A DNA stretch of 64,000 bases from Macrostomum lignano (Eukaryota), in NCBI GenBank assembly GCA_002269645.1, contig NIVC01003466.1, positions 1 to 64,000 of the forward strand. Reading direction: 5' to 3'. This document shows, piece by piece, positions 22,213 through 34,388 of this stretch (positions are counted from its first letter, which is position 1; each line of letters opens with the position of its first letter). The notes beneath the pieces are model-generated. The model saw only the letters and a list, made by a program, of their open reading frames with translations, was not told the origin of the DNA and searched no databases. The position numbers were made by a program, and so were the translations under genes.

Positions 22213-25200
22213 TTAACGGCAGAGTCGCATTGTCATCTCCTTCTGCAAATGGGTGTAGTAAGAGATTAAGTGCAACTACTAACACAAATGAAAAGCTATT
22301 TGAGAATTAAAAATGCATTACTAACCAGAGGCTCAAGTTCCTTCTTATCAACCAGACCGAATTCGGTGACAAAATAATAGAAATGCTTGTAGCAGGTGTT
22401 CACGTGCGCCTCCTGACAAACAATTATAGTTGCGAATACGCGTATTGAATATGCGAAACGTTAATTAGTCTATTAATTAGTAGCTATTTTTAGTATGGAG
22501 ACTTGCAGTCTCAATGCACTACTAAATGAGGGTGTGCAGTGTCCCTTTGCACTACTAAATGAGGGTGTGCAGTGTCCCTTTGCACTACTAAATGAAGGTG
22601 TGCAGTGTCCCTTTGCACTACTAAATGAAGGTGTGCAGTGTCCCTTTGCACTACTAAATGAGGGTGTGCAGTGTCCCTTTGCACTACTGAATGAAGGTGT
22701 GCAGTGTCCCTTTGCACTACTGAATGAGGGTGTGCAGTGTCCCTTTGCACTACTGAATGAAGGTGTGCAGTGTCCCTTTGCACTACTGAATGAAGGTGTG
22801 CAGTGTCCCTTTGCACTACAAATTGAAGGTGTGAATTGTCCCTTTGCACTACAAATTGAAGGTGTGCATTGTCCCTTTGCACTACAAATTGAAGGTGTGC
22901 ATTGTCCCTTTGCACTACTGAATGAAGGTGTGCAGTGTCCTTTGCACTACAAGATGAAGACGTGCAGTGTCCTTTGCACTACAAGATGAAGACGTGCAGT
23001 GTCCTTTGCACTACAAGATGAAGGCGTGCAGTGTCCTTTGCACTACAAGATGAAGACGTGCAGTGTCCTTTGCACTACAAGATGAAGACGTGCAGTGTCC
23101 TTTGCACTACAAGATGAAGGCGTGCAGTGTCCTTTGCACTACAAGATGAAGGCGTGCAGTGTCCTTTGCACTACAAGATGAAGGCGTGCAGTGTCCTTTG
23201 CACTACAAGATGAAGGCGTGCAGTGTCCTTTGCACTACAAGATGAAGGCGTGCAGTGTCCTTTGCACTACAAGATGAAGGCGTGCAGTGTCCTTTGCACT
23301 ACAAGATGAAGGCGTGTAGTGTCCCGTTACCAACTTAGGCGGAAGTGCACCAAAGGGAGTGCTCAGTCGCAAAAATAGGGACATATTTCTCCTTAAATGT
23401 CTTCACAATAAGAGCAATAGAACTCACGGCGCCAATATTCCTCAGCCGGTCAAAATGGTGAATATACACGTGAACAAACACGCGGAACAATCTAGTTAGT
23501 ATTTTCTTTACGCTGGCCGTGTAATTCTTTGGGAACGGTGTCTGAGAGTCGCCAGGAAATAGGCGATCATCGTTAATCTGCTCCTCTACCCAGTCCATCA
23601 GTAGGCCAATGTACACTGGAGCGGGCAGAGAGGTGGGCTTCTTATACTGCACTTTGTCAGCCCACTGGTACTCGTACTTGGCGCCGCCGCTCATTTTCGG
23701 ACAGGCTGCCTCGGTGCAGTGCTCCGACACTGTGCCATAGATAAGGCTGATGCGATTGTAGAAATCTACAACGTGAACAGCTAGCCAATCATTGTAGTCC
23801 TCGCCGCGAGGCAATTTGACAGCCTCTTTGAGATCGATGCCGGCGCTTAGAGAGGCCATGGCATTCTTGTGCAACTGTTGGCGCATTGTACCAGGCGTGA
23901 ATTTCTTCTGCGGTTTGAATGTCTGCTCGGAAATTTGTGCAGTTAGGTGGGCTTTTAAGAGCTAGATAAGGACACTGCCTACTAATGAGTAGCGAGGAGA
24001 GATCACACAGCAACAAATCGCTTATTAATTAGTCCTGGCAGTTAAATAAAGATTCTGGGTCATTTGATTAAGTTAGTCTGATGTAGTATTTTTGCAGGTT
24101 ACTTTAGAAGTTAGAAGCACTTTGATAGTAAAGAGCTAATCTGTCTGTCTGTTAAAATGCATAAATAGTTCAGATAAGTCAATAGTAAACAGTTTTATAT
24201 AATTATACAATAATTCTAAAAGAATTGCTCTACTTTGTTACAAAAAGCTGATATATTACTTAGAGTAGAAAGTGTATTATAATTCATTGCTGTTTAAACT
24301 AGAGATCTAGAAATATCAATTTCATTAATGGTTTAAAAGTATTTAGCTAATTAAAGTCTATACCAATGGCAATAAGTTCAGCTAGTAGGCTTCTATGAAG
24401 GTTAAGGTAGGTGCAGCACAAGGCCTAGAACAATGTGTATGCCTTGTGCAATCTTCTAAGTCTTTGAACTACATTTCTTTCCCATTACTATAGATTTTCT
24501 TACTTGTAGGCCTATAACATTGTTATAAATGCCTTATTGTTAAAATATAACCAAAATTTTGAAATGATTTTCAATGAATGTATAAAAATTCAAAATTCAA
24601 ACTGAAATTATTTTGATACAAAATTAGGTTCCAAATTTAATATTGAAATTGAAATTGAATTTTAATCTATCACTATATTATACTTATAGCTTTTATTATA
24701 AACCATAGTCTTGTAGATGCGCCAGCCAGGTGGGAACATTTTTAGCTGCCATGGAAGTTGTGTGCGCTGCACAGCCAGCAGTTTTGCTTTATACGTGAGG
24801 CATGCCCATGAGGCATTGAGACAATAAAGGACCTTTTTTGCAGTTGCAACAATAAAGGACCTTTTTGCAGTTTTGCATTATATGCACTACATGAAGACTT
24901 TTAATTAACTTTCTAAAATCCAACATTACATATAAAAATATCAACATAGATTATAATTAATTCTTTCTACCGACGCGTTTCGGACCAACAATGGCCATCT
25001 TCAGGGTCTGGTATATTTTTAACTCATACAACAACTTTATAAGTGAACAAACGTTAACTGTACAGTCTAAAGGGCATGTCATGGGCAGAATTTTCCAAAA
25101 TGTTAAGCATAGATTGCAAGTACATTGTTTAGACTTGTGCCTTTACTTAGAATACCTTGAGCAAATGGCCCGCACCACTATGGGAGAGCTGAATATTCAG

Positions 25201-27529
25201 ATTAGGTTTTTGGTCTTTAACCAAAATTAAATTAAATTAAACTTATTCAATAAATTCAATAAAAAATTTAATAAACTTATTAAATATTCAGATTAGGTTT
25301 TTGGTCTTTAACCAAAATTAAATTAAATTAAAGACCAAAAACCTAATCTGAATATTCAGCTCTCCCATAGTGGTGCGGGCCATTTGCTCAAGGTATTCTG
25401 AGTAAAGGCACAAGTCTGAACAATGTACTTGCAATCTATGCTTAACATTTTGGAAAATTCTGCCCATGACATGCCCTTTGGACTGTACAGTTAACATTTG
25501 TTCACTTATAAAGTTGTTGTATGAGTTAAAAATACACCAGACCCTGAAGATGGCCATTGTTGGTCCACAACGCGTCGGTAGAAAGAATTAATTATAATCT
25601 ATGTTGATTTTAACTTTTGTATTTCTCTGCCTGCTAAAGCGTGCTACCTTACCTCAAAAAATATCAACATTGTTCTACAAGAGTAACATTCTAAAACAAC
25701 AAGTAAACTCTCCAACACTATCTATGTCATTAATAGATACACAACTTTATAAACATATAAATCTCAAAAAGATAAAAATGTAAAAGCTTTTCTGTTATAG
25801 GACAATTTCTAGATTTTAAACTTTATTTTTGTTAGATGTATTAATTTGATATAGACTTTTATCTATGGCATGACCGCCACTAGCATTACAGTACAACTTG
25901 AATGAGCAGTGCCTCATTCTAAGCCCATAATCAATAAAAGTGATATTGAGAGCTGCTTAACTGGAGAGCTTAAGAAATAACTGAGTTAGCTAAAGGCTAT
26001 ATCAAAATTGGTATTATAGTGTCTGTGCATTCAGAACCAACAGTTTTACTTTTTACAAATAACAAAATATATAATTATTTAAATTTTCTTTTTATTCAAA
26101 TACTTGAAATAAGTTATCATGGTCATTGAAACCATGGTCATGTTTATTTCCAATAAGGGAAATGCACCAAAAGATCATCTATAGTTGTTTTTACGCTAGC
26201 CATTTATCCCAATTAATTTTTCTATTAATTCTTATGCAAAGGCTAATTTTTGTCTATAATTATACTGGAGATTTTTGGTATAACTATAAGGAAATGGACT
26301 ATATGCTGTGTACACTAAGCATGCGGCTACATATCAATGGAAATGGCTCTATGCCACACATATTCATAGAGCCACCTAGGTGGGAATTTTTATCAAAAAA
26401 GTGCATCAACTGATTCAACAAGACAATGGATTATAAAGACCTAATATATTTTTAAAGTTGGCATAGAAGAACTAAAAAAGCAACTTAACTTTTAGTATAT
26501 TTTTAATTTAGGCTTCTATTGCTACAGAGTTAACAAAACTGATTTTAATTTTGGCATATACCTGCCATGATCAAAGCTGCCTATAGGTATAGTAGTAACA
26601 AGCTAGGTGTATAGATAATTATTCTTATGTCAACAATAAACTACACTACCTTCCTCTCTAATTATATTAAGCCTATACTATAGTCCATACTCTAGAAGGA
26701 ATATATCACCATCGCGCATTTGGTTTGGTCTAAAAATTGTTGCATGCATTGGCGTGTATTTGGATATTGCATGCCAAAAGTGGCTTATTGGCATGCTATT
26801 GCATGAAATAGCTGGCATAGAATGTGGCCTGGCATGATAGTGGGACATGTTTTATTGAGAAAAAAGTTTGTGAAAAGACATGATGTTGTAAAGACATACT
26901 TATTTTTTTGCAATATGACAAGTAAATTTTAATGTGCCAAAAATGTAATACTAATAGGCCTATATTTGATTGCTACAAAAGTTTTTAAAAAATTGAAGAC
27001 AGTTTATTTTAAATACATTTTTAACCAAAAAAGTTGCATGTTTTTTTCTATAACATATTAGTTTGACATGCTTTTGCTTTGCTTGGCACTGGCGTGCATC
27101 TACTTGGCATTGGCATGCATTGGTTTAGAGCATTCTAGTTCCAGTGTGCACTCAACATGATCTAGACTATGGACTATAGTCTTGCTACTTGCTTGCTTTT
27201 ATAAAAAATATCAATTTTTTGTTAGAAGAAACAGCTCTAAAAGGCCTAAAAAAGTGGTTTTTTAATAGCATAGATAGGCCTAGCATGATCAATCATACAA
27301 CATACTGATTCAAATAGGGCCTAGTGCAATAAATATCTAGCTAGGCCTAGTACTAATAGCTGCCTGCTGGCTTTTCGAGCTTAAATTTTAGAAAAATTTT
27401 ACTCACAATTACCGTTACTTACTGCTTGAAACGACTACAAAAAAAATATAATATCAATAATAAATAAGGGTTCCTATTTTGGCTTACCTTTTCTCGATTA
27501 AAAAAATCGATAAACCCACCAAACGCCAT
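22213..27529 (-). CDS. MOB3: MOB kinase activator 3, 217 aa
   Basis: Exons 27529-27488, 23922-23428, 22412-22326 and 22242-22213, all phase 0. [14 protein letters not shown]|TFKPQKKF...[13 protein letters not shown]...[14 protein letters not shown]...GA|[14 protein letters not shown]...ELEPL|KEMTMRLCR aligns end to end with the MOB3 subfamily. Confidence 0.95.
22505..23320. repeat. 33-bp to 32-bp minisatellite in MOB3 intron 2
   Basis: GCAGTGTCCCTTTGCACTACTAAATGAGGGTGT changes to the 32-bp GCAGTGTCCTTTGCACTACAAGATGAAGGCGT near 22930. Confidence 0.93.
24969..25007 (-). ncRNA. Minimal type-I hammerhead ribozyme motif, intact core
   Basis: ACC-CUGAAGA-U-GGCCA(UUGU)UGGUC-C-GAAAC-GC-GUC^GGU: 3-bp stem I, stem II, palindromic ACGCGU stem III and GUC cleavage triplet (cut between 24972 and 24971). 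Confidence 0.75.
25541..25579 (+). ncRNA. Hammerhead motif copy with mutated core (GAAA to ACAA)
   Basis: Identical to the 24969-25007 copy except at 25567-25568; predicted inactive. Confidence 0.65.
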
Positions 27530-28309
27530 TTACTTATTTTTAATTTATATGGAGAACACAGAAAGCAGATATTCAAATCGGGCTTGTCGCCAGCAACTCC
27601 GGACACTGCTGTTACCCAAAAAAGAACCACCACAGAAGCAATCCTATATATCCGCGATATCAAACAACGGGTCAGATTGAAATTAATTTAAATAAGGGCC
27701 TAGTTAAAAACTGTTTAATAGTATAAAAAATTTTTACTTGTGTCTACGCGTCATGTTGTTTGAATCTATAGAATTCCAAGTCTTTTTTACTTTTTATGTA
27801 TTAAATTGATATAAATATTCTCTTCTTATTTAAAGTTGACTTTAAAAAGTTGACGACTTCAAAGCTATTTAATGTACGCTTTTTTAGATCCAGGATCTCC
27901 CTGTAGGTATACTCCGTAACCACTAGTCAGACGACAACCCGGCCGCGCCCATGGGCTGGTAAAATGAAATAACTCCCATTTAGTAGGCTGGTGCTGGCGT
28001 CCAATCTGCTGTATGGCACCCAAATGAAATCACGTACTAGTAGAATAGATAAATTATGAAAAAGATTCTCCCTAGTTGATCACAAAATCAATAAAGTCAC
28101 GACATGCTATAGTTCAAAATCGCATTTTGTCTTGTGCAATAATTCGCCTACAGGTATATCTCAGCTAATTTAATTGATACAATCAATATTGCCATTACGG
28201 CTGTTTATTGATTGTTGCTTTAACCTTTTCTTGACTAGTCTACTTGCCAACATATCCGTTCCCGACGGCTTGGACCGAAATCGTGCCATAGACATTTTTG
28301 CGCTCACGA

Positions 28310-28870
28310 CTGAGGGAATTACTGAGATGTCAAGGCTTACTGAGGGAATTACTGAGATGTCAAGGCTTACTTGGGGAATTGCTGAGTTGTCAAGGCCTAC
28401 TGGGGGAATTGTGAGAAGTCAAGACTTACTGGAGGAATTACTGAGATTCGAGACTTACTGGGGAATTACTGAGATTTCAAGGTTTACTCGGGGGAATTGC
28501 TGAGTTGTCAAGGCTTACTGGGGGAATTGCTGAGACTTCAAGGCTTACTGGGGGAATTTCTGAGATTTCAAGGCTTACTCGGGGAATTGCTGAGATTTCA
28601 AGGCTTGCTGGGGGAATTGCTGAGATTTCAAGGCTTGCTGGGGGGAATTGCTGAGATGTCAAGGCTTACTGAGGGAATTACTGAGATGTCAAGGCTTACT
28701 GGGAGGAATTGCTGAGATGTCAAGACTTACTGGGGGAATTACTGAGATGTCAAGGCTTACTGAGGGAATTACTGAGATGTGAAGGCTTACTGGGGAATTA
28801 CTGAGATGTCAAGGCTTACTGGGGGAATTGCTGAATTGTCAAGGTTTACTGGGGGAATTGCTAAGATGTC
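28310..28870. repeat. About 30-bp minisatellite (GGGAATTACTGAGATGTCAAGGCTTACTGA)
   Basis: About 18 units upstream of the MOB3 ATG. Confidence 0.9.
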
Positions 28871-30554
28871 ATCAAGGCTTATGGCATATTGAGCTCCTTC
28901 TGCGGACCAGAATATGCCCAGGCCAATGACGATATGCCCTAAGAGTTTGTGCTTGAAAGGATAAGTACTATTTGCTGAATGAGAAAGGGTTTTGGGCTGA
29001 TGAAGGAAACTTTGGCTGGTGAAGGTTTTGATTCATGGCAATTTATTTTTGCCAAAAATGAGAAAAAGTAAGTTTTGATTAATGGATTTTGAATAATAAG
29101 TAGGTTTTTACTCATTGGCCAAAATAAAAACCACTTGGCGTCATTCTTGCGCCCCCCAACGGGGGGCTTAAATTGAATAATATACGAAATTCACAAGATG
29201 TCAATTTTAACTAAGGCGAAGGCCCTGAATGAAGCTTTTGTCTTACTTCATTTCTTACATGTAATCTTTGGCGAAACAAATATGAATAGACTGAGGCAAA
29301 GCGCAAAGGCTAAGGAAATAGAGCCAAACAGAAAATCTTAGCGCGAAAGAAAGAGACCAACAAAATTATAAATCGTGCCATCAGTCTCATCGTGGTTAAT
29401 ACACTGTAAATATTCAATTTGGCTGTGGATGCGAACTATTTTACAGCTAGTTCTTTTATCTCTAAAACAAAAACTCCATGAATGTAAACTCTATACATAA
29501 AGCACTCTTGAGAAATTTTTACAAGTGCGATTTTTATAAATACTGTCCTTACTGTCTGACTCGGTCAATCCTTTGCATTACATGTAGGTTAGAACCAAGA
29601 AGCACGATCGAAGAGGCAATTGAAGCAGCTGGTCTTTTGGGATTTTATAATTGGCATTCTCTGGCCGAGCTTCGTGTCGCTTTGAGGATTAGGAATTGTA
29701 CATCCATTTGCTCTGAGGGTTGAGCTCGTTTGCAATTATCCCACCAAAGTCAAGCGTGCGCCGCGAAAATCCCCATGCCACCCCTCTAGACTTTCTCCCC
29801 CTACCGCCCACACCCTACATGTACGCACAGATCCTCATTCCGCTCCGCGAGCCTTCATTTCCATCCAAACGGCGTCTTCCCTTCGCTTGGGCATAGTGAA
29901 TTTTTTTTTGCGTCTCAAAGTCCCACGAGGACATTTTTAGTTTATAGCTGGCAGTGCTCACAGCTACCATTCTCGAAAGCGATCCCATGCTACGTTAAGC
30001 TGATGTGGCCCTGTGCCTGCCGCCTCTTCCCAACAAACTCTACACTTGCATGCGATCCTATATTGAGAGCAGTTCGCAGCATGAATTTTACAAAATCTTA
30101 TATTGCGGGCATACAGCAAGCATGCAAAAAAACTTCTCAAGCATGTAAATTGTCTAGATGGGCCGCGCGCGGCGCTGGTAAAAAATGTGCAGGGAGCGCA
30201 TATCCTTGAGCTTACTTGAAGCGTATAAAACGGCGCTGAATGAAACGAATTTCGTTAACGGACAAATTGCGAATCAAGGATGCTTTTCTAACCCTCCAAA
30301 GTTGATTCACAAGATGATCGAAGTTTTTTTAATGACACTGAGTCTGGCTATAGAAAGCAAGCAAAGTTCGGGCGAAATTTCAATAGCGCAGCTCGCAATA
30401 TTTTGCATTTTTCTTAACTAAATTTTCTTAGCGGAGTCTACGTATGATAGAATTATCCTTTTAATGTCATGTATTGAACAGACTTTTAGCAAAATCCATT
30501 TCGAGCATACTATATTGATAATGATAGTACTCCCTTAGCATAGCACAGAGTGGA

Positions 30555-30947
30555 GGGGCAGGAGATCAGCAGATGGGCCGTCGTCTCCTCTCCATCGCCG
30601 CAGAAGCGGCAGTTGGGTGCCACGTCAACGCCGATGGCGGCCTGGAAGCCCCGCAGGGCCGGGCAGCGGTCGGCGCGCAGCTGGCAGATCAGCCGCTCCT
30701 GCCGCCGCGTGAGGTCGCTCGTCGGCGGAGGCGGCAGGCGGCCCGCCGTGCAGGCAAAGTGCCAGGCCAGCGAGCTCGTGCTCGCCGCCTCGGTGGCCAC
30801 CGCGTTGTAGATCTGGTGCCAGCGGGCGAGGCAGTGGCGGCGGACGGCAGCCTGCGCGGCAGCCAACGGGACGGGCGCGGTGCCTTGCGCCAGCGTGGAG
30901 CCTCGCTTGGCGATCTCGTCCACGGCCTCGTTGCCGGGGAGGCGCAT
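30555..30947 (-). mobile_element. Truncated RNase H-bearing LINE 3' fragment (I/Loa/R1-like)
   Basis: LPGNEAVDEIAK (end of the RNase H domain), LTRRQERLICQLR and CCHC knuckle CRFCGDGEETTAHLLISC; a GC-rich island in AT-rich DNA. Confidence 0.8.
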
Positions 30948-32759
30948 TTCGTACCTGCCCGCCCGCAGCTGGCTTTGAACTGAATCAATGGTATTTTGAC
31001 CATAGACATTCTAAGCGGAAGGGCTGAAAATTGTTTAAACACGCTATAGTAGCTGCAATTGCATTTTGCCTGACTCAGCACCGATATTCTTGCTAGCGTC
31101 AACCTTGGACGAAGAGACCCACACTGCTATGACACACACAGCTTCATTTTACATTCGTGAAGTCCAGCTCGCGAGAGTTTTGATTTTAAATTTTGTACTA
31201 AAAGAACATGCCCGGTCTTGCTAATGCATTTTCAGAGCGTGCAGAAGTCAGCATACAGTGCAAACTTCCTTCAGTTCGATTATTTTTTACTTTTAAGATT
31301 AATTAAATGCAACTCCTCATTCCTCATCTATCTCGCTATAGCCAGTCAAGAGAATTTGCATTTATATTGCATTCTCACTGCACGATTCTGTGACTATACT
31401 TTACCCTTGTATTCTTCCAAGGGAGCTTTCGAGTTTTGATTTCTGAGGTCAAACAGAAACCAATATGTCTTAACTATTGAAGTGAATAGGCACACGCATA
31501 GGAGTTGACGCGACGCGCATTTTCTCATTGCCAACCCGTCATATACACGAGAGCTACTGTATAATCTGCATTTGGAATCGATTTAATTAATCATATTTTT
31601 AGACGTAAAGCTTTTCTAATCCCTGCCTTTCTCGTGTACGGCAGCTTCAGGCACAGCTACCCTTATCTATTCATCCATCCATTGATGCATTGCCTGATAT
31701 ACTCGGTTGCAAATTGAATTATCGTCACCTCTGCTATAATATGATAATATCAATTTGCATACTTGCTTCCTCAAATCCCCTGCATCACTGTAAGATTTGT
31801 ACTGCAGAGGCTGGAACGCCTCAAGGCTCGCATAAAGCGCCTTGATGACATACATTCTTTCTCTCTCCTTCTCAGTCTTTCAACCTTACATATGACGGGT
31901 ATTATAAGACGGAAATCTGTCCCAGCTGCTGACAGAGAGATAGCGAGAGTGAAGGGAAATACTGAAGTTGATGCTGAGCCCAGAAGGAAGATTTCCTCGA
32001 CTTATCAGGCTGGCTCAGAATATGCTTGTACCAATAGGCAGAGCTGAGAGCACATTTTCACTGCCATAGCCAGGAGGCGAGCATGCAATGGGGTCATAAA
32101 TTTCTGTCCTTATATAATCCCCATTTTAAGCCCATATATTTATCTCCCTATTGCAGAGATTGCTTAAGAGCTCGCCGGAAGACTTGTCAAGGAATGCTCA
32201 GAGCCTGTTTAGGTGCAGTCAGTGCAGCAGCAATATGCGGCTTGTCAGAGCTGAGGCATTCTCTCCCCTTCTCTCCCAGAGCCATTACTGACTCCGCTCT
32301 CTAACTGAATCAGTTAATAATGTAACATAATCAGATTAATATCTTTCCACCCGCCCTAATACAGCATGGGTCTCTGTCTTTCTCGGGCTGAATTGAGTTA
32401 GTGATCATTTTTACAGCACAGCATAGCTATAGGCCATGGTCATTTTGTCAGCTTAGTGGCAATCTGTTTCTAGATTGGAACTATATGAATGGGGCATCTC
32501 GTCTATGATAATATGGGACTAATTCAATAACTTGTATGTCTTTCGCGTCTCCAGAAAATCTTATGGTTCCCCCCCCCCCCAGATTGATCAGACACTTCCT
32601 TGAGATTCCATCTAGCACTGGACTGTATTGCTTAGTATTGGGCCATCCAATGTACATTGCAAGCTGCATCCCCAACTTGCACACAGTTATTGACAGCTGC
32701 TATGCGTTCTGTACATGCAAAAGCCTGGTGTGTATCAATTTGGTTTGTGCTTTTAAGGG

Positions 32760-33050
32760 GACCGTTTGTGTTGGGACACTGTTGAGGCGACCGTTTGTTG
32801 GGACACTGTTGGTTGGGACACTGTTGAGGCGACCGTTTGTTGGGACACTGTTGAGGTGGCTGTTTGTTGGAACACCGTTGAGGTGACTGTTTGTTGGGAC
32901 ACTGTTGAGGTGGCTGTTTGTTGGAACACCGTTGAGGGGAATGTTTGTTGGGACACTGTTGAGGTGACTGTTTGTTGTTGTTGGGACACTGTTGAGGTGA
33001 CTTCTGAGGCGCTGTTGAGGTGGCTGTTTGCTAAGGCCTGTTGAGGTGAC
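32760..33050. repeat. Degenerate minisatellite, about 30 bp (TTTGTTGGGACACTGTTGAGG core)
   Basis: About 9 units. Confidence 0.8.
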
Positions 33051-34388
33051 TTCTGAATACTGTGTTAGCGTACTGATCGGACGTCTATTAATTCTTAAGC
33101 ACTGTTTCAGGTGCTATTTAAGACATTAAATAATGGGCTTAGAGCTAATGAAACTCGTTACCTTTTATCATGGCTAATAAATTCGGACTCAGCAAGTTTA
33201 AGTCAAAGTAATAACGAGCGTGTGGATCTTATTGCAATATGCACAAGCCCGTTGCCACACATCATTTTTAATTCATTCAGGCCCGCCAAAAGTCGCTGAG
33301 CCTTTGATTATTTCTGCCAGGTACTACAAAGAATTTAATTATATTTTCTTCTCAGGAAAATGAATTGAAAAATCCCCAGCAACCGAGGCGTCTACCTACC
33401 CAGTTCATTTGGGGAATAATTAGCAGGAATTCTGCAGGGAACCTATTGGAGCGAGTCCGCACCCCCTCCGCCGGAGGGCGTGCAATTCGTAATCGAATTC
33501 AAGCACAGAGAGGAATTTTTCCAGCTCCCTGGAGCCTACTATAGAGCTCTTCGAGCACGAAAGAAGACTCGAGTGGGCCACCACAGGAGCAAGAATAAGT
33601 GGCAGGCGGAAACCATTGAGGATGTCGGAGGCCGCGGTAGAGAGAGAAAAAGGTCTAATTCTGCTGGGAATCTCCGTCCTATGGCCTGCTCCTGCCCTCC
33701 CCGACCCCGGACCCGCCCTGACCCTCACCCCCTCTCCCAACACCCCTCCTCCAAGTGCTCGCCTCCGATCGCAATTCAAACTTCCAGCTGGGGCTGCCTG
33801 CCGGCTGTCATTGGCTGTGGCTGCAGAGGAGATGCTCAAGCGGTCGGCGACCGATCTCTCCTGCTGCGCGGGAAGAGACGGGCAGAGATACCCAGCCCGG
33901 TTGATTCCTTCCTCTAGCTAAGCTTTACTCTCCTACCCGAGACTGAATCCAAAGGGGAAGCCATTCTTCTTACCTATAGCGACGATCAACCATTGGCTCA
34001 GGCGGATAAGGACAGGCACGGTAGCCTTGGCCTAGAATTAACAGAACAAAATCCGCAAGCGCACGCTCGCCACCGCCTCCTCCTTCCAAAATTAACGTCT
34101 TCGGTCAAGTCAACTTAGTCGGCGCAGCAAATATTGTTTCTGGGTGCCATCCCCGACCGAGATCCGGAGCAGCAAGTAGCCCGTTGTGTCATTTTTGGCA
34201 GCATCGACCGGAGCCTACCTAAAGTTTCTAGGACAAACAGGCAGAGAGGAAGCGGAGAGCACACACGCAGGCAAGTAGATAAAGGTTGGGAAGCCGATTG
34301 AACGGCTAAATGAAAAATAAGCACTGGGAGTTCGTTCATAGTGCAATTTGGTGGAACTGGAAAGATCGCCTTCCTTGCTGCTTCCAGC

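Larger units (their letters stand above)
24940..25608. mobile_element. Inverted pair of Penelope-like element 3' ends in MOB3 intron 1
   Basis: Arms of about 280 bp (24940-25220 and 25327-25608). Each encodes a PLE-type ORF terminus (V/I)[23 protein letters not shown] (25221-25147 minus; 25327-25401 plus) followed by a hammerhead motif. Confidence 0.8.

Noticed and set aside
24991-25557. Twin 79-aa ORFs MAIFRVW
   Set aside because: Antisense by-products of the inverted Penelope arms.
33420-33921. Three overlapping GC-rich ORFs upstream of INPP1
   Set aside because: No recognisable domain or splice context; possibly a decayed retroelement, but unsupported.
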